Below the pieces are notes generated by a model. That model was given only the letters and a program-made list of their open reading frames with translations. It did no database searches and was not told the origin of the DNA. Shown here in pieces: positions 1-7,512 of a stretch of 64,000 bases of DNA. Within the stretch, counting starts at the first letter, position 1, and the number at the start of each line of letters is the position of its first letter. The position numbers and the translations under genes are program-made. The DNA comes from Candidatus Omnitrophota bacterium (lineage in GTDB: Bacteria > Omnitrophota > Gorgyraeia > Zapsychrales > Fredricksoniimonadaceae), in assembly GCA_903908245.1 (NCBI GenBank), contig CAIVRE010000015.1:5468-69467 (forward strand). The letters run 5' to 3'.

Positions 1-3000
1 GTTATTCCTGCTCCTGCGATGGCGCAGGCAGTGCAAACCATTCTTCCGTTCTCTTCATCTATCAGTGCGCCATCGTCCGCGTTCATTCCTGTTCATATTA
101 AAGCACTAAAAGTCAGGGCCGATGAACCGCTGGTGTTTGATTTTGTGATCGATAATGGTACGACCGGCCTTAAAGGAGCGGAGCTGAAAAATGAAACGCA
201 GAAGCTGGCCAAGTATTTTCTGGCGGCGGTGACCATTCCTGAAAAAGACCTTTGGGTCAACCTGTCTCCCTATGAAAATGACCGTATTATTCCCAATGAA
301 CTTGGTCTGACCGAAATGGGCCGTCAGATGTTGTCGCAGGACAGCGTGCTCAAGCAGGTGTCGGCTTCCATCATTAATCCGGAGACCGCTACCGGGAAAT
401 TGTTCTGGGACAAATTGTATGCCAAGGCCAGGGAAGTCCTGGGGACGGTTGAGATCCCCCTGGATTCGTTGCAGAAGATCTGGATCGTGCCTGCGCAAGC
501 CAAGGTGTATGAATTTGATAATACCGCCCTCCTAGGTGGATCGAAGCTGAAGGTCATGCTGGACCAGGATTATTACGCGCTGGGGCTTCAGGCGAAGTCG
601 GCGGATACGGATGTGGCGGATGCCGATGCAGCCAGGACCAGGGACCTGTCCTTGCAGGTGATGAGGGACGTGGTGATCCCGGCGGTGGAGAAAGAGGTTA
701 ATGAGGGGAAAGATTTTGCGCCATTGCGCCAGGTTTATGGGGCGATGATCTTTGCCACCTGGTACAAGAAGGCACTTAAGGAAACATTGCTGGCGCAGGT
801 TTATGCCGACAAGAAAAAGACGGCAGGCGTTGAGACGGAAGACCTGGATGCGCGCGAGCGGATCTATCAGGAATATGTGGAAGCGTTCAAGAAGGGCGCG
901 TTCAGTTTTATCCGCGAGGATGCGGATCCGGTATCCGGCGAGGTTATTCCCCGGAAGTATTTTTCAGGCGGGATCGACGGTACAGAAAATGCCCGTACGG
1001 TTGCCGAGGGGTTGGAGCATGTGCAGGGGCTGAAGGATGTTCCCTCTGCCTCGCAGGCGCCTTCCGCGCCCGATTCCAGCGAGACGGTCGCGACGGTCGC
1101 GCTGCAGCAGAAGGATGGTGTTTCGGGTGTTAAAGATTTTGAAGTGGCGACAGGGGTTTCGTATTTCAAAGGCGATATTAAAACAACACCCATTACGCGT
1201 CCTTTTCGGGCCAGCCGGCAGGATGATGTGAGCGATATAACCAAATTGAATGAGCAGCAGGAATTGACCGCGGAAAGGGCCGGGGCGGAATCGGTGGAGC
1301 GTGGTGAAGGCGCGTTCTTTGTTCTTGCGGCAGGGGCGGCTTCGCGCATGGCGGTCGTACTGGCTCCGGACGATGTCAAGCAATTGGCCGGCGGGGAGGA
1401 GATCCTGTCCAAGGCCGGTGTTCCGGTGGGAGTTATCGACGGGAAGACGGTCAATTATCTGGATGTTTTCGGGCATAATGTGGCCCGGTTGCTGGAGGGG
1501 ATCGACCGGGAAGCCCGGTCGCAGGGGGTCACATCCGCGGCAGACCGGAATATTGTTGGTGTTTTTACGAATGATGAATATCGTGCGGAACATGATCGTA
1601 TCCTGGCCAAAAGCGGGAATTACGGGCTTAAGGCGGGGCAATTGCGTCTTTTTCATCAGCCTCTTGGGCCGAAATATGTCGGGACTCCGGAGGATGTGAA
1701 AAAGCTGGAAGCCAAATTTGCTTCTCCGGAGGCGTTTGCGCGGGCCCTGGCCCTGGCGCAGGACGTTCAGGCAAAGATCGCCAGCGGGGACCGTGAGGCT
1801 GCCAAGAGCGTGGTGCTTGCGAGTGAAAGGGATCCTCAGGGTCACGGGGAGTTTTTTCATCAGCTGATCGTTTCGGGGGAATTCCTGTACCTTTTTAATC
1901 ATGGAAAGAAATGGATCGCGGTCAAGAACATTGATAATATCGCGGCCAAGTTTGACCGGGTATGGTTAAGGATCCTGGGGTTGTTTTTGAACGGGAAGCT
2001 TGATGCTCAGCCGGAAGTTTCTCTTCGTGCGCCCGGGCAGAAAGGCGGAAGCCTGATCGTTATGGAAGATAACGGTTCACATCAGCTGGTGGAAGATCCG
2101 TCGTTGAATGCGACCAAGGATGAGCAGGGAAAGGTCAAGGTAACTCCGACCCAGTCATTCTGGTTCAATGATGCGGTGGCGCTTTTTTCATTGAACTATA
2201 TTGTAAGTATTTATAAGAAGGACGGACAGACCGATGAGGATTTTATTGCCGAATTACGCGGGGCGGACCAGTTAAAGAGGGAAGAGATCGCGGATCGCGG
2301 CCGGCAGAAATTCCCCAAGCTGCTGGATCCCAAGCCCGCCAAGAAACAGGATGCGGTTGCGGTCAAGATCGAGACGAATATGTGGCAATCGACCGGGATC
2401 GTCCCGCAGAGCATCAGCGTTAAGGCTGTCGGGGTTCGCGGTGCCAGGAATTTCCCGATCGCGGAATATCCTGCAATGGCGCAGGAACAGAGGACGGCAG
2501 AGCTTGCGAAGCTTCGGTTCCTCGGCACAAAACAGTGGAGCCTTTCTGATGCCGAGGTCATGAAGGCCAGGGCCGATCTTGAAGCGGCGGTGGGCCGTCC
2601 TGTGACAGATGCAGAATTAAGTCTGACGCTGGAAACATACAGCGGGAATAAAATATTGACGGATGACCTGCTGGATTATATATGGAACCAGCCATTGGTC
2701 CGGCCGGGGGTTTTTAATGGTGTTGATGGCAAAGACCTTGTGGCCGAAGGGTCCAGTGCCGCGCAGGTCGTTGATTTTAATGACGCCAATATTCGCGCCC
2801 AGATCACCGAGAGCGTTGATCGGGGCAATGCGCGGATCGGTTTTGTGAAGCCCGGCGCCATGGAAAAGGCCGGGGCGGACTGGATCATGCAGGTGATCAC
2901 GGATGAGATCGCCAAGAGGGACCTTCCGTTAAGCGTTGTGGTCGGCCCGCGGTTTCAAATGACACGCGCGGAAGCCGAACAGTTCTATATCGGGCATAAA

Positions 3001-3528
3001 GGCCGCCGTAATCCCGCGGGTTTTGAATATGCGCCGGGCTTGTGGGATTCTGTGAGCAATAAAGAGGCCGGCTGGTTCTTGCTGCAGGCCGGGCCGCAGG
3101 GAATGCCGTCGGAACAGGAAATGAAAGACCTGAAGAATGCGGTGCGTGACCGGTACAGCAAGGAGAAGCTTGGTCTTTCCGGCGATGCGGTCTTAAAGCA
3201 AAGGGCGGAAACGGATAATGGCCCTCACTGGTCTGATCCTTTGGGGTCAGACACGAATGCGGCTAATGAGGACTGGAATAATTTGCAGGCAATGCTTGAT
3301 ACGCGTCCTGCGCTGCAAGTCGGGCAGCCCAATGATACGACGGGTGGTATCAATTTCAACGCGACATTGCTGGATATGACCGTTGAGCGCAGCGGCAGCG
3401 GCGTGAAGGTGAATATTGACCCGGTGTTAATCCAACGGATCAAGACCCGGGGCGTGGAGGGGTTTGCTCCGGTGATCATCAATATGATGCCGGTAACCGG
3501 CATGGGCCAGGCGTTGGGAGTGAAGTAG
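1..3528 (+). CDS. Large putative exported multidomain protein (5'-truncated): N-terminal module, UDP-sugar pyrophosphorylase/DUF4301-like domain, NDP-kinase-like domain, C-terminal GGINFN module
   Basis: Frame is open from base 1 (VIPAPAMAQ resembles the end of a signal peptide). Motifs LAAGAASRM, PQGHG, KNIDN, KGG; then VKPGA, FYIGHKG, NGPHWSD. Confidence 0.8.
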   Translation, partial: VIPAPAMAQAVQTILPFSSSISAPSSAFIPVHIKALKVRADEPLVFDFVIDNGTTGLKGAELKNETQKLAKYFLAAVTIPEKDLWVNLSPYENDRIIPNELGLTEMGRQMLSQDSVLKQVSASIINPETATGKLFWDKLYAKAREVLGTVEIPLDSLQKIWIVPAQAKVYEFDNTALLGGSKLKVMLDQDYYALGLQAKSADTDVADADAARTRDLSLQVMRDVVIPAVEKEVNEGKDFAPLRQVYGAMIFATWYKKALKETLLAQVYADKKKTAGVETEDLDARERIYQEYVEAFKKGAFSFIREDADPVSGEVIPRKYFSGGIDGTENARTVAEGLEHVQGLKDVPSASQAPSAPDSSETVATVALQQKDGVSGVKDFEVATGVSYFKGDIKTTPITRPFRASRQDDVSDITKLNEQQELTAERAGAESVERGEGAFFVLAAGAASRMAVVLAPDDVKQLAGGEEILSKAGVPVGVIDGKTVNYLDVFGHNVARLLEGIDREARSQGVTSAADRNIVGVFTNDEYRAEHDRILAKSGNYGLKAGQLRLFHQPLGPKYVGTPEDVKKLEAKFASPEAFARALALAQDVQAKIASGDREAAKSVVLASERDPQGHGEFFHQLIVSGEFLYLFNHGKKWIAVKNIDNIAAKFDRVWLRILGLFLNGKLDAQPEVSLRAPGQKGGSLIVMEDNGSHQLVEDPSLNATKDEQGKVKVTPTQSFWFNDAVALFSLNYIVSIYKKDGQTDEDFIAELRGADQLKREEIADRGRQKFPKLLDPKPAKKQDAVAVKIETNMWQSTGIVPQSISVKAVGVRGARNFPIAEYPAMAQEQRTAELAKLRFLGTKQWSLSDAEVMKARADLEAAVGRPVTDAELSLTLETYSGNKILTDDLLDYIWNQPLVRPGVFNGVDGKDLVAEGSSAAQVVDFNDANIRAQITESVDRGNARIGFVKPGAMEKAGADWIMQVITDEIAKRDLPLSVVVGPRFQMTRAEAEQFYIGHKGRRNPAGFEYAPGLWDSVSNKEAGWFLLQAGPQGMPSEQEMKDLKNAVRDRYSKEKLGLSGDAVLKQRAETDNGPHWSDPLGSDTNAANEDWNNLQAMLDTRPALQVGQPNDTTGGINFNATLLDMTVERSGSGVKVNIDPVLIQRIKTRGVEGFAPVIINMMPVTGMGQALGVK

Positions 3529-3555
3529 TTCATAAAGGGTTATGCGTGCTATTTG

Positions 3556-3586
3556 AGGGCGGCCGTTCGGGCCGCCCTTTTTATTT
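3556..3586. terminator. Intrinsic terminator between convergent genes
   Basis: agggcggcc-gttcg-ggccgccct followed by a T-run. Confidence 0.8.
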
Positions 3587-5260
3587 GGCGCGCAGAATCT
3601 GCAGGTTCCGGGTATATCGTTGGACATCTGCCGTGTCATTCTGCTGTTGGGCGATCCTGATGAGGAGGTTAAGGGTGAATTCCCGATCGTCGGCGTATTG
3701 AAAATACTGTTCCAGCACGCGACGGGCATTGGCGTAGTCTTTGGCGTTGAGATAGAGCTGGGCCAGGGATTTGTAGGAAAAGATGAAATTTTTTTGTACG
3801 GCAATGGCCTGTTCGAAATAGTGAATGGCGTCTTTATCCCGTTGGGTATCCCGGCATAAATTCCCCATGTTGTGATAGGCGACGGCATTGGTCGCGTCAA
3901 GCGCGATGGCTTTGTTGTAGGCGGATTCGGCGTCAGCCGTCCGGCCTTTTGCGGCGTATTCCATCCCCAGGTTATTAAGGACCCGGTAACTCGGGTTGTT
4001 GCGCGCGATCTGTTCGTAAAATCCGACGGGGTTCCCCCAGTCGGCATTGCGGGCGATCGTGCGTCCGGCCAGGGCGAGTATCCCGGTCATGCCCAGTGTT
4101 AGCAGCCATGTTCGTTGCCGTGGATAATGCTCAAAGAGGACAATGGCGCCCCAGCCGGCCGCCAGCCCGAGCCCGGCGATGGGGATATACAGGAAATGTT
4201 CAAAGAAAAGGCTGTTGATGATCAGCGGAATGTTCGAATAGGGAAAGAGCGTGACCAGGAACCAGCTGGCCCCGAAAGAAACGATCGGCGCGGTATTGCG
4301 GCATTTCCAGACAAGGGTTCCGGCGCCCGTCAGCAGAGCGGCTCCAAGGGTGATCATCGGGGTCAGCCGCAGATCGGCCATGGCAAAGGGGCGGTCGAAC
4401 TGAAGGTGTGCGGGCCAGAGAAGGACGCCGATATATTCAGGAACGGCTTTGAGGAAGGTGAGGGTGCGGACCAGGATGTTCGTTTGAAAGTCGGGGCGTT
4501 CGGGATAGTAATCCTTCGCACTTCCGAAATATAAGAGGGTGGCCCGCAGGAGGGCATAAATAATGGCGATGGCCAGGAACGGGAGCAGGGCGAGAAGCAT
4601 TTTTCGGATACGGGGCCAGATCCCTGGCATGGTTCGGCAGTATGCCCCGTCGCAAAGCATCAGCAGCGGCAGAAAGATGATCCCGATCTCTTTGGTCATG
4701 AGGGCCAGCGCAAAACAGGCAAGTGCGCCGAGATAACAGGATCTCTTGCCGGTGATACGGTAACGCACGAATGTATTGAGCCCCAGAAGGGTGCACAGGA
4801 AGACAAGGCTGTCCCCCTGGCTGCAGGCATAGGCCACGGTCTCGGTCTGTACGGGGTGGATCAGAAAGAGGAGGGCGGCAATGAACGCGGCGGCCGGTCG
4901 GTGGAACAGGCGGCGGAATAAAAGAAAAAGCAGTGCCGCGTTGATCGAGTGCAGGAGGATGCCTATGGCATGCCAGCCCGGCGCCCAGTCGGCCCACAGG
5001 TGCCATTGCGCGGCAAAGAATATTTGCACCAGCGGCCGCCAGTAGTTGCTCATCAGGCTTGTTCCTGCCAGCAGGTTGTCGGTAAAGAAGTGGGGCCAGT
5101 ATTTCCAGTCCTGGATAAAGAGGTTCCTGAGGATGAAGTCATCATCGTCCCAGAACATTTCATTGGGCAGGCAGTTGGCGTAGACGACCATGCCGAGCAG
5201 CAGGAGCAGCAGGATGGCGGTCGATGGTTTTTTGATCAGGGATCCGATTTTTTCAAGCAT
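3581..5260 (-). CDS. TMTC-like GT-C membrane glycosyltransferase with C-terminal TPR repeats
   Basis: WDD motif after the first TM, YWRPL, HPVQTETVAY, TKE, EHFLYIP, many TM helices, TPRs (NNLG, HNMG). Confidence 0.8.
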   Translation of the reverse strand: MLEKIGSLIKKPSTAILLLLLLGMVVYANCLPNEMFWDDDDFILRNLFIQDWKYWPHFFTDNLLAGTSLMSNYWRPLVQIFFAAQWHLWADWAPGWHAIGILLHSINAALLFLLFRRLFHRPAAAFIAALLFLIHPVQTETVAYACSQGDSLVFLCTLLGLNTFVRYRITGKRSCYLGALACFALALMTKEIGIIFLPLLMLCDGAYCRTMPGIWPRIRKMLLALLPFLAIAIIYALLRATLLYFGSAKDYYPERPDFQTNILVRTLTFLKAVPEYIGVLLWPAHLQFDRPFAMADLRLTPMITLGAALLTGAGTLVWKCRNTAPIVSFGASWFLVTLFPYSNIPLIINSLFFEHFLYIPIAGLGLAAGWGAIVLFEHYPRQRTWLLTLGMTGILALAGRTIARNADWGNPVGFYEQIARNNPSYRVLNNLGMEYAAKGRTADAESAYNKAIALDATNAVAYHNMGNLCRDTQRDKDAIHYFEQAIAVQKNFIFSYKSLAQLYLNAKDYANARRVLEQYFQYADDREFTLNLLIRIAQQQNDTADVQRYTRNLQILRAK

Positions 5261-5274
5261 GGCGTCGTTTTCAG

Positions 5275-5456
5275 GGCTATTTTAACTTTTCATAGCTATC
5301 GACATTCCTTCGCCGAACGCTTGTCCGGCCCCTCCGAGGCCGGCCTGCGCTCGGGCGTCGGACTCGCTCTCGCTGCAGGGAGAACAAGGGCGATCCATGG
5401 CCGCTCGTCCTCCTTACGTCGGCTGCGGAATATCGATAGCTATGATTAAAATAGCC
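5275..5456. mobile_element. MITE-like non-coding element with long terminal inverted repeats
   Basis: ggctattttaa/ttaaaatagcc (11/11) plus tcatagctatcgacattcc/ggaatatcgatagctatga (18/19) flank a GC-rich interior. Confidence 0.55.
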
Positions 5457-5496
5457 GGATCGTAATCGTGAAGCCGAGGACTTGCAGAATAACGCA

Positions 5497-5524
5497 TTGA
5501 CACCGTATTCAATGGTCTTATTAT
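5497..5524 (+). promoter_or_regulatory. Sigma70-type promoter
   Basis: TTGACA-16nt-TATTAT, 8 nt before the ATG at 5533. Confidence 0.55.
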
Positions 5525-5532
5525 AAAGTGAT

Positions 5533-6081
5533 ATGCGATTTGCCAAACTTCTTTTATTGTTCGTTTTGCTGATGCCGGTGTCGGGCTGTGACCGCATTTA
5601 CGCTTTTTTGCACAAGCCGGGCGGGGAAGAGCGCCAGATCCTCGGGCCTTTCGAGTTCAATGTCTACAATGCGAGAGTGGAAGAAGTGCAGAAGGTCCTC
5701 AAGGGGTTCGGTTATAATATTGGCCGTCCGGACGGAAAATTCGGCGCCTCCACCCGTGAGGCCGTGGCGAGGTTCCAGGCGGATGAGGGCATCAAGGTCA
5801 CGCGTTTTGTCGACAAGGATACCTGGGCCGCGATGCAGGGATATTTGCAGGGGCCGTTGTTCAGGAAAGGCCTGCTCGATGGCCGCGCGGTGCAGAAGGC
5901 GCTGGCGAAGGCCGGGTTCGGGGCGGGCAAGGTTGACGGCCAGATCGGGCGCCGCAGCCGCGAGGCGCTCAAGGCGTTCCAGGCTTCCCAGGGGCTTGAT
6001 GCGGACGGGCAGATCGGGCTTCGGACCATAAAAGCCCTGTTGAAGTATTCCGCTTTACCGGCCGCAAAACCCGGGATGTGA
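5533..6081 (+). CDS. Lipoprotein with two peptidoglycan-binding (PG_binding_1) domains
   Basis: Lipobox VSGC; two repeats of VQKxL..G..DGxxG..T/S..A...FQ. Confidence 0.85.
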   Translation: MRFAKLLLLFVLLMPVSGCDRIYAFLHKPGGEERQILGPFEFNVYNARVEEVQKVLKGFGYNIGRPDGKFGASTREAVARFQADEGIKVTRFVDKDTWAAMQGYLQGPLFRKGLLDGRAVQKALAKAGFGAGKVDGQIGRRSREALKAFQASQGLDADGQIGLRTIKALLKYSALPAAKPGM

Positions 6082-6109
6082 TATACTTGTTCAAATTCGG
6101 AGACCATAT

Positions 6110-7330
6110 ATGCCCAAAGTGAAAAGCCAGCTTTCTTCCAAAGATGAACTGATCATCCTTCGCAAGGTCGTTGATATTACGACTTCCGAGGTTGATCTCG
6201 ATGGTGTCTTGAGCGAGATCATCAAGGTCGCTCTGGCGATCGCGCCGGCAGATTCGGTGTTCGTTTATCTTTTTGACGCGGAGCACCGGAACCTGGTCTT
6301 GCGCGCTTCGAAGACGCCGCACAAGCAGGAACTGGGGCAGGTGACGCTCAAGGTTGGCGAGGGGTTGACCGGATGGGTCGCGAAGAACGTGAAGCCGTTG
6401 GCGATCAAGGCCAACGCGTATGATGATCCGCGTTTCAAGGCGTTCGATGTCCTTCCCGAAGACCGTTACGAGGCTTTTCTGGCCCTGCCGATCCTCTATA
6501 AGGGAAAAGCCATCGGCGTCATCAATCTTCAGCATAAAAAACCGTTCGATTTCCCGGTGAGTGTCGTGAACCTGCTGAGTATGGCGGCCCGGCAGCTGGG
6601 GAGCGTGGTCGAACATGCCCGCCTTTTCAGCGAAACCCGGCAGAAGGCATTGCAGTTCGACAGCCTGGTGAAGGTGAGCCAGTCGATCACGTCCGAAAAA
6701 TATCTCGACGAGATCTTAAGCCTTATTGTTATCGTCACGGCGGAAATGTTGAATTCCAAGATCTGTTCCGTGATGCTTTTGGATGCCAAGGGGACGGAGC
6801 TGGTCATCAAGGCTACGCAGAGCCTGAGCGATGATTATAAGAAGAAGCCGAACCTGAAAGTGGATGCCAGCTTGATCGGCGAAGTGATCAAGACCCTGCG
6901 CCCGCTGGTGGTCGAGGATGTCCGCAAGGAGAAGCGGTATTTTTATCGTGACCTGGCGGTCAGGGAAGGCCTGAGCACCATGGTGGCGGTGCCGATGATC
7001 GTCAAGGACAAGGCGATCGGGGTCATTAATGTTTATACGAAAGAGCCTCATGTTTTTACGGCGGATGAGGTGGGCGTGCTGCAAATGGTGGCTAACCAGG
7101 CGGCCGCGGCGGTGGAGAACACGCGCTGGATGGAAGAGGCGCTTAAAGCCAAGGAAGCGCTGGAGACCCGCAAGCTGGTGGAGCGCGCCAAGGGGATCCT
7201 TATGAAGATGAACGGCCTTTCCGAGGAGACCGCGTATAAAATGATCCACCGCAAAAGCATGGACTCCTGCCGATCGATGAAAGATATCGCGGAATCCATC
7301 CTTCTTATGGTGGATTTCCAGAAAACCTAA
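6110..7330 (+). CDS. GAF-GAF-ANTAR RNA-binding antiterminator
   Basis: Two GAF domains; C-terminal RKLVERAKGILM..SEETAYKMIHRKSMD ANTAR signature. Confidence 0.92.
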   Translation: MPKVKSQLSSKDELIILRKVVDITTSEVDLDGVLSEIIKVALAIAPADSVFVYLFDAEHRNLVLRASKTPHKQELGQVTLKVGEGLTGWVAKNVKPLAIKANAYDDPRFKAFDVLPEDRYEAFLALPILYKGKAIGVINLQHKKPFDFPVSVVNLLSMAARQLGSVVEHARLFSETRQKALQFDSLVKVSQSITSEKYLDEILSLIVIVTAEMLNSKICSVMLLDAKGTELVIKATQSLSDDYKKKPNLKVDASLIGEVIKTLRPLVVEDVRKEKRYFYRDLAVREGLSTMVAVPMIVKDKAIGVINVYTKEPHVFTADEVGVLQMVANQAAAAVENTRWMEEALKAKEALETRKLVERAKGILMKMNGLSEETAYKMIHRKSMDSCRSMKDIAESILLMVDFQKT

Positions 7331-7332
7331 CT

Positions 7333-7368
7333 ACCTTCACCCTCTCCGGCAGGGAGAAGGTTTTTTTT
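7333..7368 (+). terminator. Intrinsic terminator after the ANTAR gene
   Basis: ccttc.ccct / aggg.gaagg hairpin plus T8. Confidence 0.7.
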
Positions 7369-7369
7369 G

Positions 7370-7398
7370 TTGACAACTTTTTTTTCAGCGGATATACT
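7370..7398 (+). promoter_or_regulatory. Sigma70 promoter of the glutamine synthetase gene
   Basis: TTGACA-17nt-TATACT. Confidence 0.85.
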
Positions 7399-7421
7399 TT
7401 TTGAGATTCGAAAGCTTAAAG

Positions 7422-7495
7422 GCTTTCAAAAGACTGAAGCAGGGCATTGATGTCCTCTTTCGAAAAGGAATTTTCGGCGGGGGATTTTTTCTTTT
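7422..7495 (+). promoter_or_regulatory. ANTAR target RNA (two A1/G4 hexaloop hairpins) overlapping a leader terminator
   Basis: ttca-AAAGAC-tgaa and agggc-ATTGAT-gtcct; the second hairpin shares tcct with a terminator stem tcctc..cgaaaa/ttttcg..gggga plus T-run. Confidence 0.8.
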
Positions 7496-7512
7496 AAAAA
7501 CAGGAGGTTTAT

